This document shows, piece by piece, positions 41,301 to 53,277 of a DNA stretch of 64,000 nucleotides. Both the position numbers and the translations under genes were made by a program. Below the pieces are notes generated by a model. That model saw nothing but the letters and a program-made list of their open reading frames with translations, was not told the origin of the DNA and ran no database searches. This DNA comes from Tubiluchus corallicola (Eukaryota > Animalia > Priapulida). Where the stretch lies: positions 1,488,001-1,552,000 of the forward strand of contig JAQGDQ010000003.1 of assembly GCA_030141605.1 (NCBI GenBank). The letters run 5' to 3'. The number at the start of each line of letters is the position of its first letter. The stretch's first letter is position 1.

Positions 41301-44300
41301 TATAGGTATTTTTAATTCAACTTAAATTTCTCGTATTGTAAGATTAGATATGATGAAACTTTTTTGTGCATTTACCATAAGAATATATGATCATGGCATT
41401 AAAGTTTTTATAACAGCTAAGAATTTTATTCTAATTGGTGTCTATTGTTTTTATGTATTACTTTCATAACATATTAAACAATATTACAGCTGACAACAGC
41501 TACTTTCTGGTTTGCTGTTTGTGAAACTAAATTTTAATATTTTTAAGTGTTTATTTACAGACAAAATTCCCCCACGCCCAGATTTTTGTCCAAGAGATAT
41601 TCGCCTGGTTACCGCTCACAGGCAGACCGTTGTTGAGTGGCAAGAGCCTAGATTCTTCGATGATAGAGAGATAGTGTTTCAAAACCAAACACATTACCCA
41701 CGTGATTTGCTGTCATGGGGTGAATACTTTGTTACTTATGCTGCCTATGATGCAGCTGGAAATGTGGGGACCTGTAGTTTCAGGCTTTATGTACTGAGTG
41801 AGTAATCAACTTTATAAAATTTTTAAATTTAAATCACAAAAAGTTAAATTTTTTTGCTACCAGTGCTAAAGTAAACCGTGTGAATTTAGCTAGTGATACC
41901 AATGCAGGCCATAACATTAGCATTCTGTTAACAATTGTCTACCATCCTTATCACTTTAGAATCAACTTTAGTTTAACACTATCATTATTAGACTTGATGT
42001 CAGATATTATGTATACATCTTGAATATTGATTAGCTAAATAAGATATAGTACTGGACATTTCAAAACAAACACTGCAGTAGCAATGATCATATTGTAAAG
42101 AAATGCAATTAAGTCTTAGTTATAGTAACATATTATGCCTGCACTATAATGACTGCAAGAAGTGTGCCCCGTTAACTTGGACCCTGCTTATTACATTTTT
42201 ATGGCATGATATTGACATGCATGTAACATTTCTTAGTGCACTGTTTCTTTTGGAACCCTATATATTTCTCAAATTGACATTCTTTACTATTTATTAGTTG
42301 TATTAGCCATGACTGTTATGTAGGGGATATTATAATTACTGTGCACATTAATTTTGTTCAACAATGAATCTTTTGCTTGCTTCTATTTTATTTAAATCAG
42401 TGCGGTATACCTGTTGTTAATGCCTGTCAGTCAGATTTTTGCTTTGTAAACATTTAGGAAATGATTGTCAGGCAGCAGTTGTTCCCAGTGGTGTGGAAGA
42501 ACACTGTTCTGCATGGGGGAATGTTGACCACTACCGTTACTGTACTATCCATTGTGAGGACAAAAATAAGCATTTCTCGCAACGCTTATCGGAATTCTAC
42601 AGTTGCGGACCGGATGGAGTGTGGCGACCTAATCGTGGAGTGGCGCAGCAAGTCACATACATTCAGTGCTCAGGTAACTGATGGCTAGATTTATTACACT
42701 ATATTTAAGTAGTGCTTTTTGTGATTGGACATAGGTATCCAAGCAATGATTTTCCAACCACTAATATAAAAGAACAGCTAATAATAGTGATGGTGTTAAC
42801 TTTGACTGTCACTAGCATCATTGTGCTGGTGTTAGCCTTGGAGTAGTGCTTACCATATAAATTACCAGACAGGTGATAAAAACTTTTTCAATTAAGGCTG
42901 ATATGATGTAACAATAAAAAGAGCATTTTCTTTTGAGAGAGATTGGCACAAGTTTTTTTATTGAGTGCCACTGTTCAGCAACTATTTTATCACAAAAGAG
43001 TAAACTTATATCGTTTACACGCTATTATTTCTAGCATTAAGGTAGTATTTTATGCAATAAATTCCTGCATATAACTGCCTTTCACTTAAATGCATTACTT
43101 AAGCCTAAGATTTAAAGGGGACTTTGAAATTCATTTGTAATAACCAGAAGCTTGTTACAACGGGCCTCAATATAAGTGAATTATGTGGTAATAAAAAAAT
43201 TCTGCTATTATGTAATTTTAAGCAAACTACTTATGAAAATTTTCTGAAATTATTTTCATTGAAGTTTTTTTTAAACGTTTTCTGCTTAGTAATATAAAAT
43301 AAAATGATAATTAAATTCAGTTGCTTGAAATTACTTGCATTTTCCACCACTGCTATACACCTTAAATACCATATGCATAATAATTTGGTGTGGTGTTTTT
43401 GTGCATTTTCCTGTGTTTATGTATTAACCAATGATTTTATACCATCCTGGTCTGTTGCACACCTACAAAAGCATTTGCTTAAGAATGACAAATGAATCAG
43501 GCTTGTGAGCACATTGATGTTCTCACACTGATTTGGCTTTACCAGTAATAACAAAAATTGAGTGACAATAGTAAATTTAATAGAATGTGATTTGCAAACT
43601 ACTAAATCAAGGTTTTTAAGATTAAAGAACTTATTAGGTTCTCATACTTAATTTAGATGCCACACCACCCGATGCACGAATAGTAATGCAGATGAACTAC
43701 CACATTACTGAAGTCTGCTCAAATAGTAAAATGGACATAATTCGTCATGCACTGGCTGACATCTTACATGAACAGAATGCAGCACTTCCAATATGCAAGC
43801 TAACCAGCTGCGAGTCTCTGCAAGTAAATGTAACTTGTAAATCAACAGACAACGAATCTGTTTACAGCACTTCTACTGATTTTATTACATCCAGGTTAGT
43901 TTCTTTCTTCAACCTAGTTTTGTGAAAATATTGTGGTCGTGTTCTCTTCCAATAAAACAATAGCTGATCAAAGTTGAAAAATCAACCACTTTTAAGAGAC
44001 AAAATTTGCTAAAACTTATTAAAATTTTACTATAACTTTGCCAAAACTTGCTAAGTGAGATTTGCAATGTTATATGTAGGTTAATAAGGGTACTCGTATA
44101 CATTTATAATTGTTTTACTCTCACTGTTTTGTATTTAATAATTTCTGAGAAGCATTTGCCACAAATTTCTGTTAACTCTTTGCATGAAAATGAGGGAAAA
44201 ACAAGCTGGTGAAAGTCTTTTCACACAACTGTTTTAAAATATTATTGTACGGAATGTGATATCCGGTGCGTGCCGAGAAAAAACCGAGTTTACCTCCCAA

Positions 44301-47300
44301 ATCTTGCAATGTATAACAAACCGATAATACTGATCCTCACCATCAATTGCAGTCAAGTTGTAATGCCATAATGTCATTTTCTCTCAAACATTTATACTTG
44401 ACTTGCTCCAGGAGAAATAGAATTTTTTGTCACCTCTCTGCAATCCGTTGTTGAAAAATTGTTTATTTCTGAAGATATTTCAACATTTCAGTACGGAAGT
44501 GAATAATGTATTGACTGCTCTGCAAAACACGGTACTCAAAGAGCGGATGTTTGCACTGAAGAATGAGATAAAGAATATCGCGCAAGATTTATCAAGTTTT
44601 CTTATTCGACCAGTTCCGCACTGTAACCCTGGTAGTAGCCTTCTTGGTAAACAGTGTGGTGAGTAAAATTGTTGTATGTATTATTTACTTACACAGTTAA
44701 ATGTAGTGTCGAATCTTTTAGGTTACATACCTGTATAAGCAATTGTTGTATTAAAATTTGTCTAGGTATTCACATTAGTGCTGTAAATTATTGCTTGACT
44801 ATTAGCACAACTTGTTGGTGGTAAGCATGTCCGTACATGGTGTGAAACGTTTGTTATGGGCATGCTGCTGAAAATATATGGAAGGTATGCCGAGGTAATA
44901 TCGTTGCTTCTTGGAAGCAACGATGATGCTTTTTGTTTAAGATTTCATAATGCACGTGGAGTTCTTGTTGTCAAAGGATACTTTTGCAAATTGGTATTTT
45001 AATTCTACACTTTTTTGTTACCATTATTATTACTGAAAACTTCAGATGTTTCTTTAGTTGCTGTGTAATTTCAAAACTGTTTATCATTGGATTATAAGGC
45101 ACTAATCATACACATTTTGTTTCCCTTTTGATTGTTTATGTTTTTTACAGTATATTGTGCACCAGGAACTTTTCATGATCAGTCAACAGCTGCCTGTTTA
45201 GACTGTCCCATTGGTACTTATCAACCTCAGTCTGGCCAGACACAGTGCATTCCATGCCCACCAATTCGAGGGTTGCCAGGAACAACACACGGACGTGGCA
45301 ATGCAAATCAAAGCGAGTGCAAACAAGCTTGTGAACCAGGGCATTATTACAATTTAACAGAAGAAGTGTGCCTTCCTTGTGGATATGGAATGTACCAGGA
45401 TAAGTCTGCTCAGTTCTCTTGTAAGCCTTGTGGTGTGGCTAAAACTACAGTCATTCAAATCTCGACGTCTAGTCAGGAATGCTTAGGTACTGGTGTTTCT
45501 CTTTTTAAGGGAGGGGCGGATCCTACCTTAATCTATTTGCTGACAGCTTTGTCACTTTTTCTACTGCAGTAATTATATTAATTTAGAATGGATACCTCTA
45601 TGATATTCTATGATGACATGTGTTGCACTAAGTTCATTAATAGTATAAATCCCTTTTACAACTTGCTGTCTGTTCTTTGCATACATGACATGTGTATGGA
45701 TAGATATAACATATACAGCACAAATCTAGCTGCGGGCCAAAATGGATTTATGAGATTTACTTTGAATTATTGAAATTGCATGGACTTAGAGTAGCCAATA
45801 AGAATTTGCACAATGCAAATGTAGCAGTGTGATATCAGTATGTTAACCTAGTTTATAAAAAATGTTTAAATTAGTTTATAAGTGAGAAAAACGAGAAAGC
45901 CTGCAGTTTTTTCTTTGTTGAATTCGGACTTTGAGGTTCTGTGATAAGTGTAATAAATAATGTGGAATCACAGAGTTAAAGAAAAAACATTTCAGAGTCA
46001 TAAAAATCAGCGACATTGTGTGAAATTTGTCTGGCATACATCTGAGCTATGTCCGTAACCTAGAAACGATTCCGATGATTTTGTACTCACAATAGTTTGT
46101 TTTTGCACCACAACAAATTTCTGTTAGTTATGCTTGCCTGTAAGTAAAAGAAAATTTTTTCTGTGACCATAAGTGTGGTAACAAATTCTTTATATTCTGC
46201 TGTTGTTCACTAGATGATTGCCGTTCCGGATTTCAAATGAATGAGAATGCTCAGTGTGAAGAATGTCATGTTGGATACTATAGAACAGGTGGTCTTCATG
46301 AAAGATGCGTCCGTTGTCCACTTGACCGGCCTTACACAAACTTTCCTGCTGTAAGTAGTAAATCAAGTATGCCACACCAGTCAGTAGAATTATTAACAAA
46401 ATTACAAAGTCAACAATTAGTCGTATCCTAGGACAATCAATGTTTGTGTAGTAAAATAAGTCTAAATTTGAGTGGCTCGCTGCATTTCAATGCTTATTAC
46501 CAAGCATTTTCTTTAGCATTTAATTTAGGCTTAATTGTGCTGTAAACAATCCTGTAATTGGATTAAACAAAATATGGAGTTCAATGGTACTGATGTGTCC
46601 TGGATTCATCCTGAAGTTCTTCTGCTGTTAATGTTGCTACATATTATTTTGCAAAATATCAAAAATATTCTTGATGTTACAGTCTTTTGAGTCTGAATGT
46701 GTAGATGCCTCAGAAGTTGTGTCTACTACTAGTACTACTACTACTACTACTGCTACTACGCAACGCACCACTGTTGGGCTTGCGACGCGCCCTCATCTTA
46801 TACCGTCAAGGAATGGTGTGGGCGTTGCTATCCTAAAGCCAGGAAGTATAAATGAAGCAGAGACAACTTCAGGTAGACATTTTGTTACAGTATCATGTTC
46901 GTGTTATTGAGTTATATTTAGAAATAACATTTTATTTTGTTTCAATCCTTGCAGACTTTCTGAGTTTCAAGCTCATTTGGCATTTCTCACGGTGATATTT
47001 GTAACTATATTACGTAATTTATTTATTTGTTTACAACCAGGCCAGTTGTGTTCAGATGAATGTCATCTGAATAACGGAATCTGCAAGCAGAATTTTCACA
47101 CAAACACTTGGCACTGTCAATGTCCAAAAGGTTTAGATGGGCCAAACTGCGAAGTGCAAGTTTACAGTAAGTATATAAGGATATGGTTTACATTAAAACT
47201 ATAGATAGCAGCTCACAATAAAATAATTAAACTTAACTACTATTTTCATTATTTGAACAAGTGGAAATGCTGTTACAATACTTGTAGCACCTGACTGGTA

Positions 47301-50300
47301 AGTACTGTTATTATGACACATATTTAGTTCTTACTGACAAAAGTAGTGACTCTGAAAAAAAATCCCATAATTGAGAAAGGAGGAAAAACTACCGCTATGA
47401 TATCTTATGATTTTAAAATATTTACAGGTTGTGATTTGGAATGTTTGAATGGCGGCACATGTAGAATATTGCAAGGAAAAGAAACTTGTGTTTGTATCGG
47501 AGGTTTTACTGGCAGTTACTGCGAAACTCCAGCATCTAGTTGTAAGTGGCTTAAGTTTTTTACTTAGGCTTGTTAGAAGTTTTATTAATTTTCCTCAAAC
47601 TGCCACTGTCAGAATCTAGCAGTAATATAAGTTCCACTTTTAAGGTGAGCTCTATGGTAAGTTAGGATTCAACAATAGTCCCAGATGTGATTCTGAAGCA
47701 TTGTAATCATCTCTAGTAAAGTAACTTTTGCTTTACTGTTGTCATTATGTTACTTTATTGTTGTTATTATCATTGTTTAGCAAAACAGAACTAACTCAGA
47801 ACAGAAAAAATGGTTCATAATTCTGATATTCACAATACATTTTATAAGGTAATTACAGTAGGTTTTGTTAGAGAATGTAATAGTCACTACGCTTAAACTC
47901 ACTTTGGCATGGAAGAGTTTTGATTTAATTACCTACAGACGTAGTATTACTAGCATAGAAGTATGAGTCATCATTCTTCAGCTTAGTATGCACTGCAAAG
48001 GCTCTGAGAGCTTTAAATGTTAGGTTTTTATGCTTATACTCTTCTTATCAAAATTAGTTTTGTACTCTTAGTTCTTCTAAGATATTTAAGCTTATAAAGT
48101 TGCAAAGAATGCTGCATCGGTGGCAAAACAGCAACAGTTAACCGATTAAACTTTTTGTGTAAAGCAGCAAGAGCTTCAAAAAGAAACCACTAAGTATGTA
48201 ATTAAAAGTTTAGCTTCCATAAATTCTTGGGCAACGAGGTTAATTGCAGCGGATGAGCAGGTGATAGATTTAAAGCAAAAGTGCTTCACTAGCATATTAA
48301 TGCATGATAAACGTACCTGCTTACAAACAAAATGATCCTTAACATGATTACTTCTGCATGCACGAAAGTAATGTAAAGATTTAAAGTAGTCTGAAACAGA
48401 AATTTTGTGTCAGTTATGCAGAGTTATTTGAGTCAATTGCCAACAGTTTTAAATACATTTGAATAGGAGCGGCCTTTTTGAGTCAATTAGGTGACTGGTT
48501 CTATTAACCATGAGTCTAATAAATGGTGCCCACTGTATTAATAAATATGATTTTGGTCATGATTAGTTTTATATATTTTTATTTTACAGCTCTAAGTTCT
48601 AATGACGTAGCAAAGATAGCTGGAGGAGTAGGAGGAACATTTGTATTTCTACTTGTGGTCATACTTATAATTGTCTGTGTATTTTGCTGCAGGTAGGTCT
48701 AGTATAAAGACAAGCTGATATGTTTTTACAGAAGATGTTTTTTACTGATTAACTTATATTAATGTGTCATGAGCATTTGTACATTCTCATTTTCTATCTG
48801 TTTTTTGATGTGTATAACTAAAATCGTTAAACTGGATCATTCAAATTAAAAACAAATGTTTGTAAATTGTGAGCCTTGTCTTTAATCATCACTACATGTG
48901 GATCGGAATCATATTCCTAACATTATTAATTACTGACATGTTTGCAGTTGCTATTGTTACTAATATGTTGTGTTTGTTCTTCCAAGTTCCAACCACCTTT
49001 TTGAAGCTTGGCACACATTTATTCTATCCAACATTATTTAAAAAGTTTTATTATGACATTTGAAATGTTAGGTTATTAAATCTTCTCTGCATGTGTGGCA
49101 CATTTCAGTGAAAGTTCTTTTAATGTGATGTCCATTATTATGCCCTTACATATTAAATCAGGAACATCATCGCAAAAACAACTCATTTATGGTGATGGGG
49201 ATTAGTTTTTTTTATGACTAAGCCTTTTCACTGTTTCGTTGTGTGCACCTGCAGTTGCTGTAGGTCAAAAGTTAAGTGTACCGCAGAAACGCGTCTGAAC
49301 TACAACTGTTACGTGACATGTGTGTAAAGCAGAGCTGTCTGCGGGACAAATTCGGTAATATCAGTTGTTTTACCTGGACTGATTACCTGATTTTACCTGG
49401 AGTGATTTACTAGCAGTATCTTGCTTGGGAACAAGAAAAAAATGAACTAGGTAAGGCTCTAACTAGCTTTTAAAACTGTTACTATTGTAATAGCTTGGGC
49501 TGCGAGGCATTGGCATGTGTGCACAAATGCGTTATCTGGTACACTTAACCTTTGACCTTTTTACAGTCGTCATCGATTGCTGGAACTGTGAAAAAGCTTA
49601 TTATCGGTGTCTTCGATAGTTGATAATTTATTTTCAGAGATAAGCCTGGACATATATCAACAAGTTCCAGTGTGTACTATACGGGCAGTAGTCACCCTAT
49701 GCCTATGGCACAAACTGATTATTACACTACGCAAAATCAGATGCTACCATCAACATCGTCATCTATATATGGTCGTGGATCATCATTAGCTCATTCTCAA
49801 GGTTCTGTGACTGGTATGTGTGTACGCTTTGTCTAAATAGAAAACACAAGTCTGCAACACCTCATTTTCTATAATTAAGATTCTGCTTTAGAGTTAATTA
49901 AACTAATTTATGTATGTGGCTAGGTGAGGTCAAGATCTTGTGCATGGCTGAATATGGGGGAGGTTGCATGCAGAAAAAATTTTCCATTAGGGGACAAAAA
50001 AGAAAATGGTGTGGGGTTCTCAATGCTTCCACTGTTGAGAAACAGTGGCTTGTGGTATGTCAAGTGAAAGGTAACAATGAGGTGAATTGAAAGCTATGAG
50101 CTATGACCAGATTAGCTGATCCCACTGTGGAGGGTAAAACCTGAAATAGGCGTAGGAGAGAGAAATACCTCCAGTGTCAAGCAACAGTAGGTCGTAGTTC
50201 ATCAAATGAAAGGTCCCTCAATGAATACCACTTGAATGGTATGAGCTATGTCCAAATGGATTGACTCTTGACCCAGCCAGGGGTAAAAAACAAAAATTGC

Positions 50301-51905
50301 AAGGAATGGGGAGGCAACTGCTTCCAGCTTTGCACAGCAGTTGCATGTAATATATCAAATGAAAGTCTCAATGGGCGAACTGAGTGGCATGAGTTACGAC
50401 GAAATTTTTGGCTACTGGCATAGGGGTGAAAACCGAAATTGGGAGTCGGGGAAACAAATGCTGCCACTGTCGAGTAGCAGTGACTTGTAGCATATCAAAT
50501 GAAAGGTCTCATTGAAACAAATTGAAATGTATGAGTCGTGCCTAGATTAGCTGAACACTGACTTCATTGGAGGAGGCAAAACCGAAATTGGGGAATCTGG
50601 GAGATGAATGTTTCCATTGTCAACCAACAGCAGGTTGTAGCATGTCAAATAAAAGGTCTCGACGAGACTAACTGAGTGGTTAGAGTCAATCACTGATTCC
50701 AAGCGCACAAGCTAAAATTGATGTTACAATTTTATCATTTTGTAGTACATCAAATGAGATAATTGATGAGACAAATGGAATAGAGTATGTTGATCTGCAT
50801 TTTATTGATCCTTGACCATGGGTCATGGGTCAAAAATTGACAAGTTCCGATCTCACTGAAGCTATTACTATCAAGCTCACTTACTTACTGACCTCATTAC
50901 TTATGTACACATTTCAAAAAATATTTTCCTTGTAATTAGGAAACAAAAAACTGTCACTTAAAGCATTTTCTTGTTTGTGTTGTTTTGAGACATGGTTATG
51001 TATTGCTGTGTTGCCGAAATTAACCATGATGCAAACTCTACTGAAGTCCATTGCTAAAATGAAAAATTTTTTGTTTTTTTGAAAATTGCTAATTGTGCTT
51101 CCTTATTAGTGCACTCTCTAGTTATTTGTACCATTTGCAAACTCTCTTTTCTTCGCTTACTTTCTTTTTTGCGCAGTTTAATCTGATACACTGTATCTTC
51201 CATCACAATATTATTTTTAACGCTGTGTCTTTCTGTCTTTCTTTACCTTTCTCCTTATCTATACTTTCAACGTTTTTAATATTGTTTCTTCCTTTTGGAG
51301 TGGCTTTACACAACTATACTCACTTTTTAAGCACCCTACTTACATACTTCGTTTTTTATGACTTTAATATTGTTATACTCTATACATTGTTGTTCAACAT
51401 GTATGTAATATGTGGATCTAATAAAATTAAAAGATATTTAAAAAAATTCAGAGCAGCTAAAATAACTAACTATTAATTACCTATAATAATTCTGTCCCCA
51501 TTCTTACTAATGAGAAGTCCTTAAATGACTTCCATCAAAACTACTTAGTCGTGACTCACTGCTGCAGTCACTGAAGGATTTGCATAAACATCCATTATTG
51601 CAATGTAGTAAAATTTAATAAAGCTGATCGTGATAAATTATCAACGGCTAATAACGTTTTGGAGATTAAAACCACTATGTTCTGACAAAAAATAGACTTT
51701 TCTTCTTTTTGGGCTGTCTTGAATACATGTAATGATTCAGACAGAGGAACATGAAATTATTTATTATGCCACATGAATGGATAATTCTGAAATCTGTTTT
51801 TTGACAGGCAATTCCGATAACCACGGAAGAATGTCACGTATGGGACACAATTACATGTTTTCACAGCCATCATCCTCAGCTTCACGAAGGATGTATTACT
51901 CTTGA
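1627..51905 (+). CDS. uif: Uninflatable-like giant single-pass apical transmembrane protein, 63 traced coding exons, ~3,495 aa; 5' signal-peptide exon not securely located
   Basis: Continuous spliced ORF with GT-AG introns and matching phases over 63 exons, ending in TGA at 51903-51905. The domain order CLECT-LDLa-3xCUB-sushi-EGF-FA58C-EGF-sushi-HYR-GCC-EGF array-LamG-HYR-GCC-EGF-TM matches the uninflatable family. Uif-like segments include [26 protein letters not shown] (20915-21106), [16 protein letters not shown] (22998-23133) and [25 protein letters not shown]. Orthology is from recalled motifs. Confidence 0.85.
3962..4181. mobile_element. MITE-like foldback element with 64-bp inverted arms
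   Basis: 3962-4025 is the reverse complement of 4118-4181 with 4 mismatches; both ends are TA. Confidence 0.75.
4245..4480. repeat. Polypyrimidine (CT-rich) low-complexity tract
   Basis: Almost exclusively C/T on the + strand; it generates several spurious ORFs. Confidence 0.85.
6715..6813 (+). CDS. uif-like exon 4: LDL-receptor class A repeat
   Basis: [32 protein letters not shown]; acceptor ACAG, donor GTATGT. Confidence 0.95.
6929..7114. repeat. Inverted repeat/foldback with 66-bp arms
   Basis: 6929-6994 versus 7049-7114: 58/66 complementary, including a 30-bp perfect core; an additional short stem lies in the loop. Confidence 0.8.
7672..12121 (+). CDS. uif-like exons 5-10: three CUB domains, two exons each
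   Basis: Exons 7672-7805 ([20 protein letters not shown]), 8609-8819 ([17 protein letters not shown]), 10064-10209, 10945-11143 (DFLQVRDG...[16 protein letters not shown]), 11620-11789 (FASPG...[12 protein letters not shown]) and 11944-12121. Confidence 0.94.
12227..12366. mobile_element. Short TIR element carrying degenerate (CCCTAA)n repeats
   Basis: Imperfect terminal inverted repeats (AGTTTACAATTCCCCACACAA / TTGTGTGTGAGAAATTGTAAGCT), internal CCCTAACCCTAA... at ~12262-12316, and a direct repeat CCGCATA at 12220-12226 and 12367-12373. Confidence 0.6.
12485..13352 (+). mobile_element. Degenerate THAP-domain DNA transposon relic
   Basis: Broken frames at ~12578-12800 read SVPRC...[14 protein letters not shown]...HW...RVCS../[19 protein letters not shown], matching the THAP consensus including the AVP box. 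Imperfect inverted termini at 12485-12511 and 13322-13352. Confidence 0.6.
13654..17554 (+). CDS. uif-like exons 11-15: four sushi/CCP domains and a calcium-binding EGF
   Basis: Phase 1-1 exons 13654-13833, 14441-14623, 15088-15273 and 15993-16169 with the sushi Cys/Trp pattern; 17444-17554 encodes [33 protein letters not shown]. Confidence 0.93.
18429..21106 (+). CDS. uif-like exons 16-20: FA58C/discoidin domain and EGF with long insertion
   Basis: Exons 18429-18520, 18769-18831 (YGWCAQ), 18985-19137 (VDL...FSLHYSND), 20203-20362 ([12 protein letters not shown]...[11 protein letters not shown]) and 20915-21106 ([12 protein letters not shown]). Confidence 0.92.
21393..24618 (+). CDS. uif-like exons 21-25: four sushi/CCP domains
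   Basis: Exons 21393-21578, 22139-22218 plus 22998-23133, 24027-24215 and 24424-24618; phases consistent. Confidence 0.92.
25223..30027 (+). CDS. uif-like exons 26-34: two HYR domains, sushi, unnamed linker domain and three Cys-rich GCC2/GCC3 (ephrin-receptor-like) repeats
   Basis: Exons 25223-25459 ([10 protein letters not shown]...[13 protein letters not shown]), 26024-26165, 26789-26901, 27176-27385, 28133-28350, 28670-28901, 29105-29260 (CPIGTYQD), 29362-29514 ([10 protein letters not shown]) and 29860-30027 (TGLAPCELC). Confidence 0.92.
30160..32180 (+). CDS. uif-like exons 35-36: PAN/Apple-like domain
   Basis: Exons 30160-30334 and 32083-32180 join across a phase-2 intron to give [28 protein letters not shown], the four-Cys core pattern of PAN/Apple modules. 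Confidence 0.65.
32264..32326. repeat. Compound microsatellite (ACGC)n(AC)n
   Basis: Read directly from the sequence. Confidence 0.97.
32505..32774 (+). CDS. uif-like exon 37: SUEL-type (galactose/rhamnose-binding) lectin-like domain
   Basis: [11 protein letters not shown]...[11 protein letters not shown]...EC...[28 protein letters not shown]: eight Cys with the CxGxxxC and (D/N)PCxxTxKY SUEL motifs; phase 1-1 exon. Confidence 0.8.
33256..39641 (+). CDS. uif-like exons 38-47: array of 14 Notch-type EGF repeats
   Basis: Exons 33256-33456, 34508-34634, 34824-34954, 35196-35399, 36003-36227, 37259-37389, 37948-38141, 38316-38446, 39007-39120 and 39501-39641; six-Cys EGF units such as [14 protein letters not shown]. 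Confidence 0.95.
36828..36853. repeat. (TAAA)n microsatellite
   Basis: Read directly from the sequence. Confidence 0.85.
39873..41797 (+). CDS. uif-like exons 48-52: laminin-G/pentraxin domain, short EGF-like unit and HYR domain
   Basis: Exons 39873-40038 (ITIAMWIKF), 40354-40608 (QWHHIAFTW...YSFVVDG), 40839-40971 ([11 protein letters not shown]), 41140-41305 and 41561-41797 (DKIPP...[17 protein letters not shown]). Confidence 0.93.
42458..47541 (+). CDS. uif-like exons 53-60: sushi, linker domain, three GCC2/GCC3 repeats, Thr-rich stalk and two EGF
   Basis: Exons 42458-42673, 43657-43894, 44492-44658, 45151-45486 ([15 protein letters not shown]), 46214-46350, 46683-46872 ([13 protein letters not shown]), 47041-47166 and 47428-47541. 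Confidence 0.9.
48590..51905 (+). CDS. uif-like exons 61-63: transmembrane helix and cytoplasmic tail
   Basis: Exon 48590-48692 ([28 protein letters not shown]), exon 49638-49813 ([14 protein letters not shown]...GSVTG) and exon 51808-51905 ([10 protein letters not shown]...RRMYYS*). Good acceptors and consistent phases; the tail exons are less certain than the TM exon. Confidence 0.8.
49920..50880. repeat. Diverged tandem array of ~145-bp units, probably the interior of a Helitron/Helentron-like non-autonomous element
   Basis: Core CAAATGAAAG-like motif recurs at 50061, 50203, 50356, 50496, 50646 and 50751 with shared flanks (TGTAGCATAT, TATGAG, AAAACCGAAATTGGG); TGACC/GGTCA hairpin at ~50813-50832. 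Confidence 0.7.
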
Positions 51906-52460
51906 AGTCTGATGTATTTATATGTTGTAAATACACTAAGTTAACTAAAGAAACAAGTGATACGTTGTTAATACAGTAAAGTGATTAAAAAATGAATGAT
52001 AAAATCACATCATGGTAGAGCTACCTGTCACACAATTGTCTTCATAGCTTTGTACACACTGATATGCTTTTTTGTGCAATGTGGTGGGGGAGTTGCATTT
52101 TGTTCTCTAAGTGTTTCGATAATGTTAACTTTAATGCTGAAAGTGTTCATCCTGTGGATGAGAAACACCTCCAGGCACTAATTCTGATTCTCTCAAATGC
52201 TCTGTAAATCGTGGAATAGTAAGATGATTCCAGACTTCTGAAGCACCCTGTAATGATGACTCATACTCGTTTGAACAACTGACTATGTTGTAAAAGTTTC
52301 ATTTTTTTCTGTTTTGATCTCTAATGTTCATTGTTAACGACTGATTAAAAAGTTAGTTCATATGAAGATATTACAGGATACTAATATGTTGATGAACAGT
52401 ACAATTCATTGTTTTAAGTTACTGTTTTAATTGTTTTTGTTGCTGGAATGTCTTGCGTAA

Positions 52461-52466
52461 AATAAA
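52461..52466 (+). terminator. Candidate polyadenylation signal of the uif-like gene
   Basis: AATAAA about 555 nt after the stop codon, followed by T/GT-rich sequence. Confidence 0.45.
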
Positions 52467-53277
52467 ATATAGTATGTCAAAATTTATCATAATTAGTATG
52501 ATTTAATTTTATTTTTGGTAGTGGTAGACATTGGGTCACAATGTATTTAAGTCACCCCTGCACAAAGCATGGAGATAATCATACACCAATGATCCGTACA
52601 AAGAGAAGTACAAATAGTTATTATTAGTGTAGTCACAAATCTTATTTAGAAATTCTCTGGCATCCCAGATTACATAGTTGCCAACTCCTATATGCGCAAG
52701 TTAGAATGAGACATCATAGCATACGTCCCAGCTTGGACGATACTGTTAATTACTATCATTATTGCTAATTATTAGCTTTAATAAAAAATATTAACAAGTT
52801 AAGTAACACATAGGTGCTTTTGCTCATCACGCAAACACTTAAAAGTGGGATAGATGTAATTTCTATGTTCTACAAATCCATAAAAATAGCAGTAATTTTA
52901 AAAAAATTCAACGGAATAGTTGTTAAAGTCTAAAATCAAATTAAATTTTAACAGATGGAATGATAGGAAATGCACTGAATGAATGAACATAAGAAATGAA
53001 TAATTGCAATATGCGACTAAAGGCAATTAAATTTCCCATGTTCAAACGATGCAGGCAGAGTTAATTCTCCGTATTAGTGTTGAGCTCCGTAGTAAGAGCT
53101 ACTAGACTGACTTTGCGTCACACAAATGCAGTAATATGTAACAGCATAAGCAAGAATAGTAAACACAAGGATCTTGCGCATTATTGATTATAAGTGTATT
53201 TATAAGCAAAATCCTTTGCTTGGCTAATATTATTATTTCCTATAATTAGGCCAAAAGAACTGGTCTGTTTAATGTCG

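Noticed and set aside
44412-44505. Upstream acceptor giving [21 protein letters not shown]
   Set aside because: Wrong phase and it runs into a stop; the acceptor at 44491 restores the frame.
50020-50760. CRISPR-like repeat-spacer reading of the periodic motif
   Set aside because: Eukaryotic intron; whole units are homologous and diverged, not identical repeats with unique spacers, and there are no cas genes.
1627-51905. Calling the large gene Notch, crumbs or SVEP1
   Set aside because: There are no LNR or ankyrin repeats, no ERLI-type tail, no vWA domain and no long terminal sushi array. The CLECT-LDLa-CUB N-terminus and TM fit uninflatable.
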